Shown: positions 19,728 through 28,725 of the stretch, piece after piece | How positions within the stretch are numbered: the first letter of the stretch is position 1 | Layout: every line of letters starts with the position of its first letter | From: Gemmatimonadaceae bacterium | GTDB lineage: Bacteria > Gemmatimonadota > Gemmatimonadetes > Gemmatimonadales > Gemmatimonadaceae | Reading direction: 5' to 3' | Assembly: GCA_036376535.1 (NCBI GenBank) | Contig: DASVAC010000169.1 | Span: 14,572-78,571 of the forward strand | Length of the DNA stretch: 64,000 bases | Made by a program: the position numbers and the translations under genes | The notes under the pieces: model-generated | Seen by the model: the letters and a program-made list of their open reading frames with translations, nothing else | Told to the model about the DNA's origin: nothing | Database searches by the model: none

Positions 19728-20666
19728 TCAGGCGCTCGCCGCTGTTTCGTCGTCCGCGAGGATCTCGGCTGCGTCGGCGCGCAGACACCACGCCAACCCG
19801 CGACTCGACACCGCGTGCTCCACCATGCGAGCGCCGACGTAGTAGCCTGACCGCTCGGGCAGCACGTAGCCGCCGGGCATCGTGCGCGCGTCCGCGGGAA
19901 GTCCATCGGCCAGAAATCGCAAACGCAGTCCGAGCGCCGCACGGTCGAGATCGTCCGCGATGTCCGATGAGATCGTTTGCTCGAGATCGCGGACGCGCGC
20001 GAATTGACGACGGTCGTACCCGAAGTACTCCCACTCAGCGTGCCCCGGACTTGCTGCGCGCGCCGCCTCGACGGCGAGTCCCTCGTTGACGAGCAGCTCG
20101 CGCAGCGACGCGCGCCGCGCCGTGTCCCAGTACGAGTAGTAGCCGCCCGCCGCCTGCACCAATCGATGCAACTCGCTGCGTCCGTGCGGCGACGTGTACC
20201 GAACCACGTGCGCGATCTCGTGGGCGAGCCACGGACGAATCAGCTCCGGATCCAGGCCCAGCCCGTGCGTTTCTTCGCTCCTAACTGCAGTGAAATGTTC
20301 CAAGCAGATCACTGCGATGCCCTTACCATCGGTGACAAGCTCACCGGCATTCGCGGCCCCGACACCAACCATGAGCACGACGTCCATGTCAACATCTATG
20401 TCAAGCAACGTGGTGCACGCGGAAACGGTGTCTCGCGCGAGCGACAGGACGTCGGTGCGCTCCAACATCCCCAGTAGGTCGTGCCGACTCGCTTGCACAG
20501 TGTTCCGAACGACATCGGCGAAGTGTTCGCTCTCGGGATCGAGTACGTAGTTGTGCCAATACGGTTCTAACACTCGGCGATTGGCATCGAAGTAGGTGTG
20601 GTAGGCAGCGACTGGATCACTGTTGTCGAGAACAGCTAGGAAATCAGGAACCAAGTCGATCAGCAT
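19728..20666 (-). CDS. DUF2268-like putative Zn-dependent protease
   Basis: 312 aa with an HExxH motif (WLAHEIAHVVRY). Family assignment by resemblance only. Confidence 0.45.
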   Translation of the reverse strand: MLIDLVPDFLAVLDNSDPVAAYHTYFDANRRVLEPYWHNYVLDPESEHFADVVRNTVQASRHDLLGMLERTDVLSLARDTVSACTTLLDIDVDMDVVLMVGVGAANAGELVTDGKGIAVICLEHFTAVRSEETHGLGLDPELIRPWLAHEIAHVVRYTSPHGRSELHRLVQAAGGYYSYWDTARRASLRELLVNEGLAVEAARAASPGHAEWEYFGYDRRQFARVRDLEQTISSDIADDLDRAALGLRLRFLADGLPADARTMPGGYVLPERSGYYVGARMVEHAVSSRGLAWCLRADAAEILADDETAASA

Positions 20667-20823
20667 GGCAGCTATGGAGGGAACCGGACTGGGCGAGTAC
20701 GACGGATGTCGTCGGGGGGGGACGCGGCAAAATACCGGCGACCGGAAAGTGCTACAAGAGGAATCACACTCGTGGCACGCAACTTTCCTTCACTTCCAGC
20801 CGTGAGGAGGCAGGAGCCCGAGG

Positions 20824-21483
20824 ATGACCACGCTGAAGCAAATCGATCTGACGTGCCCCATTTGCCAGACCCGCTTCACGTCGCACGCGGTGCTGTCGAC
20901 GAATTCGTTCGGCGGTAAGCGGACCGACTTTCACGAGCGGGCGGCGGGCGCCCAACCGTTGCCCTACTTGATTCACATCTGTGCGCGATGTGGGTATGCG
21001 GGTGGCGAGCGCGACTTCAGCGACGAAGCAGATGTCAGTCCGGTCGTGCGTGAGCACGTGTGGGACGAGCTCGCGCCGAAGCTTCCCGAGGCAGGCGGCA
21101 CCATTCCCGGTTCGGCGAAATACGAATTCGCCGCAAAGGTCGCAGCATGGCAAGGCGCAGAGCCTCGCCGCATCGCCGATCTGTATCTGCGTGCCGCATG
21201 GTGCTGCGTGGATGAAGGCGACGTCGAAGCAGAGCGCTTCTTCCGCCGTCACGCCGCGTGGCAGTTCGAAGCCGCGCTCTCGAGTTACGACGGCGCCGAA
21301 CGCGAAGAGCGCGCCGTGCTCACATATCTGGTCGGCGAGTTGTGGCGGCGCGTTGGCGATCTGTCGTTAGCCAACGAGTGGTTCGATCGCGTCGAGTCGG
21401 AAGTGATGGACCCTGGTGCCCAACGGTGGGTGTTGGACGCGGCCTGGCAACAGCGGAGCTGCCCGCGCGATTGGTTCGAGTGA
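20824..21483 (+). CDS. DUF2225-like zinc-ribbon protein
   Basis: 219 aa. CPICQTRF...CARCGYAG zinc ribbon followed by a helical TPR-like tail. Confidence 0.45.
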   Translation: MTTLKQIDLTCPICQTRFTSHAVLSTNSFGGKRTDFHERAAGAQPLPYLIHICARCGYAGGERDFSDEADVSPVVREHVWDELAPKLPEAGGTIPGSAKYEFAAKVAAWQGAEPRRIADLYLRAAWCCVDEGDVEAERFFRRHAAWQFEAALSSYDGAEREERAVLTYLVGELWRRVGDLSLANEWFDRVESEVMDPGAQRWVLDAAWQQRSCPRDWFE

Positions 21484-21517
21484 TCGCCTACGCGCGACCG
21501 CCGCACCACGTTGGTCG

Positions 21518-22174
21518 TTAGCGCGTTCCGAACATGCGATCGCCGGCGTCACCGAGTCCCGGCAAGATGTAACCCTGCGAGTTGAGCTCGCGGTCGAGTG
21601 CCGCCGCGTACACCGGAACATCAGGATGCGCGCGCTGCATACGCTCGACGCCGGCCGGCGCCGCAACGATGCAGAGAAATCGAATGCGCGTGGCGCCGGC
21701 GCGCTTGAGCGATGATACCGCCGCCGCTGCACTCCCTCCCGTCGCCAACATCGGATCGAGCACGAAGAAGTGCCGCTCCGCCACGTCGCCCGGCACCTTG
21801 AAATAGTAGTCCACGGGTTCAAGTGTATCGTGATCGCGATACATTCCGATGTGACCCACGCGCGCCGACGGCACCAACCGCAGCACCCCTTCCACCATGC
21901 CAAGCCCCGCGCGGAGCACCGGGACGAGCGTGAGCTTCTTGCCGCTCACACGGCGTCCGCGCATCGACTCGAGCGGCGTGTTCACCTCCACGGCTTCGAG
22001 CGGAAGATCGCTCGTCGCCTCGTACGCCATCAGCATCGCGATCTCCTCCACGAGCTCTTTGAACAGCTTGGTGGTCGTCGTGCGATCGCGCGCGATCGAC
22101 AGTTTGTGCTCGATGAGCGGATGGCGGCTGACGGTGAGATTGCCCGGCGCAGGGGTGGTGTGCATGGGCGGCAA
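21518..22174 (-). CDS. upp: Uracil phosphoribosyltransferase
   Basis: 218 aa. LRAGLGM, the YRD motif, and PRPP loop [12 protein letters not shown]. Confidence 0.95.
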   Translation of the reverse strand: MPPMHTTPAPGNLTVSRHPLIEHKLSIARDRTTTTKLFKELVEEIAMLMAYEATSDLPLEAVEVNTPLESMRGRRVSGKKLTLVPVLRAGLGMVEGVLRLVPSARVGHIGMYRDHDTLEPVDYYFKVPGDVAERHFFVLDPMLATGGSAAAAVSSLKRAGATRIRFLCIVAAPAGVERMQRAHPDVPVYAAALDRELNSQGYILPGLGDAGDRMFGTR

Positions 22175-22192
22175 ACTAGTATCTTCGGCCGC

Positions 22193-22381
22193 ATGAAAGA
22201 ATATCAGGCGGTGATTCTACGACTTACGCGGCGGTCGCAAGAAGACGAAGATGCATTGACCGATCTTCTCAACGAGCGAAGCCGCGGGGGATGGGAACCC
22301 GCACTGATGACACAGGACGGACAACGGCTAACGGTCGTCTTCCAGCGACTGTCGCCGGGAGAATCGCGTGTCGCCGGCTGA
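22193..22381 (+). CDS. DUF4177-like small protein
   Basis: 62 aa, [11 protein letters not shown]...[28 protein letters not shown]. Internal ATG of the shadow ORF 21770..22381. Confidence 0.45.
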   Translation: MKEYQAVILRLTRRSQEDEDALTDLLNERSRGGWEPALMTQDGQRLTVVFQRLSPGESRVAG

Positions 22382-22979
22382 AGGGGCAGAGATCAGAGTG
22401 ACGAATGCCGAACGCCGGCCGCGTCTCGAGGCGGCCGAACGGATTCTGCGTGCCGCGGTGCGGTGCATCGTGGCGTCGGGTGCGGCGGCGCTCACGATGC
22501 ACGACGTGGCAGAAGAGGCCGAAGTGAGCAAGGGCCTCATCCACTACCATTTTCACGACAAGGACACGCTGCTCGCGCGCGTGGTGGAATGGATGGGCCA
22601 GAACCTCGTGTCGCGCGAACGCGCGGCGCTCGAGAATTCCACGCCGCGCCACGCGATCGACGATCTCTGGGCGTGGCTTTCGGCGGAACTGGATCGCGGA
22701 CATCTGCGCGTGCTCCTCGAGTTGGCGCAGTGGCGGAATCCGCTGGTGCGTCGAGCCATCCACGCCGCGAATCTCGCACGCCGCGAAGCGGCGTCGGCGT
22801 CCATCGAACGGCTGTTCGCCTTACTGGCGCTACGCCCGCGCATTCCCGCGCAATTGCTCGCCGATGTGGTCGTGCCTTTCGTCGACGGACTCGCCATGAC
22901 GATGGGCCTCGATCCCGAGTTCAATCCGCGAGCTGCGTTCGACGTACTCTGGCTCTCGCTGCTGACACTCACCGATTGA
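22368..22979 (+). CDS. TetR-family transcriptional regulator
   Basis: 203 aa. N-terminal HTH LTMHDVAEEAEVSKGLIHYHFHDKDTLL. Confidence 0.85.
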   Translation: MSPAEGAEIRVTNAERRPRLEAAERILRAAVRCIVASGAAALTMHDVAEEAEVSKGLIHYHFHDKDTLLARVVEWMGQNLVSRERAALENSTPRHAIDDLWAWLSAELDRGHLRVLLELAQWRNPLVRRAIHAANLARREAASASIERLFALLALRPRIPAQLLADVVVPFVDGLAMTMGLDPEFNPRAAFDVLWLSLLTLTD

Positions 22980-23048
22980 CGCGGTCGACCCACGCGGGAC
23001 GGTGCGCGCTCTTTCCGCGCACGGTCGCTCGCGTGTAGCTTCGCCGCC

Positions 23049-23657
23049 ATGAAGCGCCGGACCCATCTGAGCGTGCGCGTGATCGGCGCGGCCGTCGTCC
23101 TCGTGATGCTTGCGTGGATCGCGATGGTTATCGCCGTGATTGTGGTGGGGGCGCGCGATCAGGCGGCACCCGCGAACGCGATCGTCGTGCTCGGCGCGGC
23201 GCAGTACGAGGGACGTCCGTCGCCGGTGCTTCGCGCCCGGTTAGACCACGCGCTCGACTTGTATCAGCGATCTCTTGCGCCATTCGTGATCGTGACCGGC
23301 GGAACCGGCGCCGGCGACACGACGAGCGAAGCGCAAGTGAGCCGCCGCTTCCTGCTCGAGCGCGGTGTTCCCGACAGCGCGATCGTGATGGAGACGCACG
23401 GTCTCACCACGAGCCAATCCGTGCACGCAGTCGCCGCAATCATGTCGGCACTCCCGGGCCGGCGTGTGATCTTCGTGAGCGACCCGTTTCACATGCTACG
23501 GCTTTCTATCCTCGCGCGAGCGTTAGGTCTCACGCCACTCACGTCGCCGACGCGGACGAGCCCGATCTCGACTCGCGCGAGTGCGCGGTGGAAGTACGTC
23601 TTCGCTGAATCGCTGAAGGCGCCGGTGGCGTACCTAATAGAACGAGTGTCGGACTAA
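23049..23657 (+). CDS. YdcF / DUF218 (ElyC-SanA-like) membrane-anchored protein
   Basis: 202 aa. N-terminal TM, then IVVLGAAQYEGRPSPVLRARLDHALDLY...VIVTGGTG...SEAQV. Confidence 0.75.
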   Translation: MKRRTHLSVRVIGAAVVLVMLAWIAMVIAVIVVGARDQAAPANAIVVLGAAQYEGRPSPVLRARLDHALDLYQRSLAPFVIVTGGTGAGDTTSEAQVSRRFLLERGVPDSAIVMETHGLTTSQSVHAVAAIMSALPGRRVIFVSDPFHMLRLSILARALGLTPLTSPTRTSPISTRASARWKYVFAESLKAPVAYLIERVSD

Positions 23658-24329
23658 CGGCCGCTCTGGCTAGCTGGCATGGTTAAGGCGTATTACTGAC
23701 GGTATCATGGCGCTACGGAGCGACCTGCCAGGCGCCTCATCAGCGCAGTAGCCGATAGCCTGCAGTTGACTCAGCGGGCCGATCTCTCGTCGTGTCGCGG
23801 CCTGTTGGCACTGCGGGATAGGGCGGTGTCTTGCCGGCGCGGGGCCGGCGATTGGCTTCGTGGGGCGTATGCGTCGCCATCTGTTGGTCTGCCTTACGCA
23901 AGCTGGCGAGGGTCATTGCCTCTTGCGTATCTGCCAAGAATCACATCACATTGTCGCCGCCGGGCTGTCGTTACATTCAGCGCGGCATCTTTTCGCCGCG
24001 GGAGATCCCTGATGGCGAGGGGAGCTCCGGACCGGTTAGGCCCCAGTCGCGGCGTTTGGCCGCAGGGTGGCGACCGTATGGCGTACCGTGTGAGCTCTTG
24101 TCGTCGAGACATCCCTCCTGGCGTCGCGTTGCGCGGTGCTGACGTTTTCGCACGCGCCTTACAGCGTCTGTTTGCACTTTCACGTCGGGACCTTCCTCGA
24201 GTAGGTCGCCCTGTTCGTCGCGTCGGTGTGCGTTTGGCGATTGGGGACGCTTGACCGGAGTTGGACGAGGATTGGTGGACACGTAGGCAGGAAGCACGTC
24301 GCTCATCTTCTCACTGTGGAGGTCCGTGC

Positions 24330-26060
24330 ATGCGAATCCCCAGGCTGCTCGTTGGCATCGCGGGTGTGGCGCTGTGCGTCGGAAGCGCCGCGGCGCAGGA
24401 GAAGGGGGGGTCGGCGAAGGCCAAAGCGGACACGACGCCGGCGTTCACGAGCGTGACCGACCAGATGCTGCTCGACGCGCGCCAGAGCGGGAGCAACTGG
24501 GTGACGTACGGGCGTGACTATTGGAACCAGCGATGGTCGCCGCTCACGCAGATCAGCACGGCGAACGTGGGCACGCTGCACATGGCGTGGATGTACCAGA
24601 CCGGCATTTCCCGGTTAGGCTCGTTCGAGACGAGTCCGATCGTGGTCGACGGCGTGATGTATCTCACGACACCGTACAACACCGCGATGGCGGTGAACGT
24701 GCGGACGGGGAAAGAGATCTGGCGCTACGAGCACAAGCAGAGCATTGCGTCGCCGATTTACTGCTGCGGACCGAACAACCGCGGCGTGGCGATTTCCGGC
24801 GGGACGGTGTACATGGCGACCCTCGACGCGCACCTGGTCGCGCTCGATGCGAAGACGGGCGCCGTGCAGTGGGACGTGCAGGTGGAGGATCCCGAAGCCG
24901 GGTACAGCGAGACGATGGCGCCGCTCATCATCGGCGAAAAAGTGATCGTCGGCGTCTCCGGCGGCGAGTACGGGATTCGCGGATTCGTCCGCGCGTACAA
25001 CAAGTCTAACGGACAGCCGTTGTGGACGGCGTATACGATTTTCGACAAGGGGTGGGAAGGGAAATTCACGGCGACGACCAACGAAGGCGACAACCTGCAT
25101 CGGAACATCGACGCGGAAAAGACGGCGATGGCGCAGTACGGCGATGCGTGGCAGCGCGGCGGCGGCGGCGTGTGGATGACACCGACGTACGATCCCGCGT
25201 CGCATATGTTGTTCTTTGCGGTGGGGAATCCGTCTCCCGATCTCGATGGGTCGGTACGGCCGGGCGACAACCTGTGCTCGGACTGCATCATGGCGATCGA
25301 TGCCAACGACGGCAGCATCAAATGGTACTACCAGGAAGTGCCGCACGACGTGTGGGATCTGGACGCGGTGAGTCCGCCGGTGCTGGTGAAGCTGAAGGAC
25401 GGGACGACCGCGGTGGCGCAGGCGGGCAAGACGGCATGGGTGTACGTGCTGAACGCGTCGACGGGCAAGCTGATCCGGAAATCGGCGCCGTTCAACCGCC
25501 TCGAGAACATGTTCGCGCAGCCGACGGCCGAGGGGACGCGGATGCTGCCGGGGGCGAACGGCGGATCGGAGTGGTCGACGACGGCGGTGAACCCGACATT
25601 AGGCTACATGTACGTGTTAGGCATCGAGCAGCCGATGCATTACATCACGCACAGCGCGCCCTTCGAGAAGGGGAAACTCTGGTTGGGCTCGGCGTTCAAG
25701 GCCGTGCCCGGCGAGCGGCAGTACGGGACGTTCAGCGCGGTGAACCTGAACACGGGGAAGATCGCGTGGCAGGTGGAGACCGAGCAGCCGATGATCGGCG
25801 GGGCGATGGCGACCGCGGGGAATCTCGTGTTCGTGGGCGAGGGCAACGGGCATTTCAACGCGTTCGACGCGCGGACGGGCAAGAAGCTCTGGACGTTCCA
25901 GGCGGGGGCGGGGTGCAACGCGCCGCCGGTGACGTACATGCAGGACGGCAAGCAGTATATTGCGGTGGCGTGCGGTGGAAACTTCCAGATGGGCTATCCG
26001 TTAGGCGATGCGGTCCTGGTGTTCACGCTCCCGGGCGGCGCGCCGAAATCAGCGAAGTAA
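24330..26060 (+). CDS. PQQ-dependent alcohol dehydrogenase (methanol/ethanol family), lanthanide-type signature
   Basis: Signal peptide MRIPRLLVGIAGVALCVGSAAAQ, vicinal CC (IYCCGPNNRG), W-repeat propeller, and HDVWDLD (catalytic Asp followed by Asp at +2). Confidence 0.9.
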   Translation: MRIPRLLVGIAGVALCVGSAAAQEKGGSAKAKADTTPAFTSVTDQMLLDARQSGSNWVTYGRDYWNQRWSPLTQISTANVGTLHMAWMYQTGISRLGSFETSPIVVDGVMYLTTPYNTAMAVNVRTGKEIWRYEHKQSIASPIYCCGPNNRGVAISGGTVYMATLDAHLVALDAKTGAVQWDVQVEDPEAGYSETMAPLIIGEKVIVGVSGGEYGIRGFVRAYNKSNGQPLWTAYTIFDKGWEGKFTATTNEGDNLHRNIDAEKTAMAQYGDAWQRGGGGVWMTPTYDPASHMLFFAVGNPSPDLDGSVRPGDNLCSDCIMAIDANDGSIKWYYQEVPHDVWDLDAVSPPVLVKLKDGTTAVAQAGKTAWVYVLNASTGKLIRKSAPFNRLENMFAQPTAEGTRMLPGANGGSEWSTTAVNPTLGYMYVLGIEQPMHYITHSAPFEKGKLWLGSAFKAVPGERQYGTFSAVNLNTGKIAWQVETEQPMIGGAMATAGNLVFVGEGNGHFNAFDARTGKKLWTFQAGAGCNAPPVTYMQDGKQYIAVACGGNFQMGYPLGDAVLVFTLPGGAPKSAK

Positions 26061-26146
26061 TCAGGTGAGGCGGGCCGGCGTGGGCGAGTCGTTGTCGACC
26101 CGCGCCGGCTTCGCGCGTATGCGTCAGGGAGCGGAGTGGCAATCTC

Positions 26147-26563
26147 ATGCGGCGATGGGCGGTTGGCCTAACCGGCGGACTGATCTGCGTGCTGGGGGCA
26201 TTCGCCGCGGGTCGCGAGAGCGGACAGGCGGCGACGCAGCCGCGGCATCCGGCGCTATTGACCGGCGTCGACTGGGCGGCGTACGGCCCGAAGGAGAAGG
26301 ACGCGTACCTGAGTGGATTCATCGCGGGAGCGGGAGCGGAGCAGGCTCGCGCGCTCGCGGCCTTGGCTGGTGACTCGCTCGACAGCAGCGCGGTCTCGAG
26401 TAGTGCGATCACGCGGCTCACGGACGGGAAGCAGCTTCGTTTTTCGTATGCGCCGTCGGTGTACTCGGCACAGATCGACGATTTCTACTGGTGGGTGGAC
26501 CATCGCGACGTTCCGATCGTGGACGTGCTCATCACGATCAACCGTCAAGTCAGAGATCGGTAG
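26147..26563 (+). CDS. Small exported protein of unknown function in the PQQ-dehydrogenase cluster
   Basis: 138 aa with a hydrophobic N-terminal signal-like segment. No recognisable domain. Confidence 0.4.
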   Translation: MRRWAVGLTGGLICVLGAFAAGRESGQAATQPRHPALLTGVDWAAYGPKEKDAYLSGFIAGAGAEQARALAALAGDSLDSSAVSSSAITRLTDGKQLRFSYAPSVYSAQIDDFYWWVDHRDVPIVDVLITINRQVRDR

Positions 26564-26760
26564 CGATGTGAGCCGGTGACGGCACTGCGATCATGTTCAA
26601 CGCATCGGGAGGTGGGGCCACAGAGGTATTTCTCTTCGCGCCGCTTCGCCCGCAGCGGCGGGGCCTTTGAAAAAAGGTAGGTCGACGATTCAGCGATTCC
26701 GTGGATGCGAGCTCTTCACGGTTTGGTTGAACACTCAAAACTCGACTGGGAGAAGCAGCT

Positions 26761-28044
26761 ATGAAACGATCCGCACTCTGGTGTATCGCCCTGATGCTGG
26801 CCGGCGTGAGCACGGCCAAGGCACAGGGTCTCACGATGCAGATGAGTAACGGATGGTCGTTTACGTTCACGGGTAACGTGAATGCGTTTCTCGTGTACAC
26901 GAATGGCAGCGTGGATTCCGCGCTCGGTCCGATCAACGGCGGTCTCGTGGGCCCCGAACGGGTGACCCGCATTCGCACGGGACTGCTGCCCGGCTTCGCG
27001 AACTTCGAGGCCGCGGGCAAGGAAGGCGATCTGGACCTCAAGGTGCACTTCGGATTCGCGCCGCAGATTCAAAGCAACAGCCTGCACGACAACTTCGGCG
27101 CACAGATCGACATGCGCGAAGTGTACCTCACCCTGGGCGGCAGCTGGGGAACCATTCTCGCAGGGCGCGAGCTCGGTCTCTTCCAGCGGCAGAACATCCT
27201 GACCGACATGACGCTGTTCGGGACAGGTGCCAGCGGTGGTACGTTAGGCGGAGGCGGCACGACGTTAGGCCGCATCGGGTTCGGCTACGTGTATCCGAAC
27301 TTCAACGCGCAGATCACGTACAGCACGCCGGCGGGCCGGCCGACGCAGTTCGCGATCGGCTTGTTCGATCCGAGCGTGGTGTGCGGCCCGAATCCCTGCG
27401 CGAAGGCGAGTGATGCGTCGTATCAGGGCACGCGGCTGCCTCGCGTCGAGGCAGAGTTGAGCTGGACCGGCAACATGGGGACAGCCAGCTCGAGCGGTCA
27501 GATGAGCAGTGCCAACAAGATCATGCTGTGGGTGAACGGCACGTGGCAGAACACGCAGGCGTCGGCCGTCTCCGTCACTGCGCCCGATACGAATCCGAGC
27601 ATTAACTCGGCAGGCGTAGGCGGCGGTGCGAAAATCGACGTGAACGGGTTCTCGATTGTCGGATCCGGCTACTACGGAAGCGGCATCGGAACCACGCTCA
27701 TGTTCGGCCAGCTCGACGGGAGTGCAATCGATCCGGCGCTGCAAGCCCGCAAGTCGTGGGGCTATCTGGCGCAGGTGCAGTACAGCCAGCCCGGCACGCA
27801 CTGGACCATCGGCGGCAGCTGGGGCGAGAGTCATCTCGACGAGAGCGACGGGGACAGGACGTTCCTGGATGGAGATCCCGATCCTCTCGTGAAATACAAT
27901 CGTGCTGCGGACGTGCTCTTGTCGTATCAGTGGACCAAGTCTCTTCGCTGGGTGCTCGAGTACACGTGGGCGCGCGCGGCCGCGTATTCCGGGTCGCAGA
28001 ACACGTCGAACCAGGGCGCCACAGGATTCATGCTGTTCTTCTAG
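26761..28044 (+). CDS. Outer-membrane porin-like beta-barrel
   Basis: 427 aa. Signal peptide ...STAKAQG, alternating beta-strand pattern, Gly/aromatic-rich, and a C-terminal ...GFMLFF (terminal Phe). Confidence 0.7.
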   Translation: MKRSALWCIALMLAGVSTAKAQGLTMQMSNGWSFTFTGNVNAFLVYTNGSVDSALGPINGGLVGPERVTRIRTGLLPGFANFEAAGKEGDLDLKVHFGFAPQIQSNSLHDNFGAQIDMREVYLTLGGSWGTILAGRELGLFQRQNILTDMTLFGTGASGGTLGGGGTTLGRIGFGYVYPNFNAQITYSTPAGRPTQFAIGLFDPSVVCGPNPCAKASDASYQGTRLPRVEAELSWTGNMGTASSSGQMSSANKIMLWVNGTWQNTQASAVSVTAPDTNPSINSAGVGGGAKIDVNGFSIVGSGYYGSGIGTTLMFGQLDGSAIDPALQARKSWGYLAQVQYSQPGTHWTIGGSWGESHLDESDGDRTFLDGDPDPLVKYNRAADVLLSYQWTKSLRWVLEYTWARAAAYSGSQNTSNQGATGFMLFF

Positions 28045-28092
28045 AAGAACGGACCTGGCCGGACACTGACGGACGAGACCGGACTTCTAGAA
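28035..28092. repeat. Four CGGAC direct repeats phased at exactly 10 bp, bracketed by TTCTAGAA palindromes
   Basis: GTTCTTCTAGAAGAA-CGGACCTGGC-CGGACACTGA-CGGACGAGAC-CGGAC-TTCTAGAA. CGGAC starts at 28050, 28060, 28070 and 28080. The 16-bp perfect palindrome at 28035-28050 overlaps the porin stop codon. Confidence 0.85.
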
Positions 28093-28112
28093 CCGCACGA
28101 AGTCGCAAACAG

Positions 28113-28143
28113 CACGGGCGGGTCCCGAGCGGATCCGCCCGTG
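28113..28143 (+). terminator. Hairpin downstream of porin (weak terminator candidate)
   Basis: Stem CACGGGCGG / CCGCCCGTG with a 13-nt loop, followed by TTGTCATCTGTG (T-poor). Confidence 0.4.
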
Positions 28144-28725
28144 TTGTCATCTGTGCGCTTGGTCAGTGGCGGGTTGACGCCGGCGCTTGTAAGCAGGCGG
28201 AGCCTGCTTGACACGCTTCCCAGGCCTCTTCAGTTTCTTCCTCCCCCGAAGGGAGGGGGAGGGGACGGCTGGCTCATCACCGAAGATCCGGTGGACACGA
28301 TCGGCCGTAGAACGAGAGACATGTTGAGAAGGGGTTGCCGATTTCTCCAGCGCTGTGCAGGATATGTTGGATGGGTGTAATGATTCGAGTGTTCTCATCA
28401 CACTGAAGCGAGGGACGGATTCATTCGGCAGTCGGCGGCGCTGTGCCGCCGGGATCACTCAGAGAGTGAGCGCGCGAGGAACGCGCGCGGCGTGACGAAA
28501 TAGATCGCACGAATCGAGAGAAGACCGTTTTCAACTTCACGAAAAGTACGCGGCACAGTGAGGTGCGATGGTCTGCAGCGAGCGAAGTCCTCCTCGATGT
28601 GGCACGCTGTTCCGCTGTTGCCCCAGCGGAACTAGCCCCAGTGCGGCCCCAACCGCGAGGCCTGGAGGCACAGCGTGCGGATGCGCGGTCATGCTCAATC
28701 CTCACTCTCCACAAGGGGCAGCATC

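Noticed and set aside
23766-24254. 162-aa ORF in the leader of the first PQQ dehydrogenase
   Set aside because: Arg/Ser/Cys-rich translation, no SD sequence, no motifs, and overlapping ORFs in other frames of similar quality. Treated as non-coding.
28035-28092. Two XbaI-type TCTAGA sites within 50 bp as a cloning scar or synthetic linker
   Set aside because: The first palindrome overlaps the native TAG stop and the C-terminal Phe-Phe codons of the porin. No vector-like sequence flanks it, so a natural operator or hairpin is more plausible.
28600-28622. Sigma-54-like TGGCAC upstream of xoxF (also 20773-20787 upstream of the DUF2225-like gene, and the minus strand of 2711-2727 upstream of pilin 1)
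   Set aside because: At 28600 no TTGC lies at the required GG-N10-GC spacing. At 20773 the -12 element reads TTTC instead of TTGC. At 2711-2727 the spacing is off by one. None meets the consensus.
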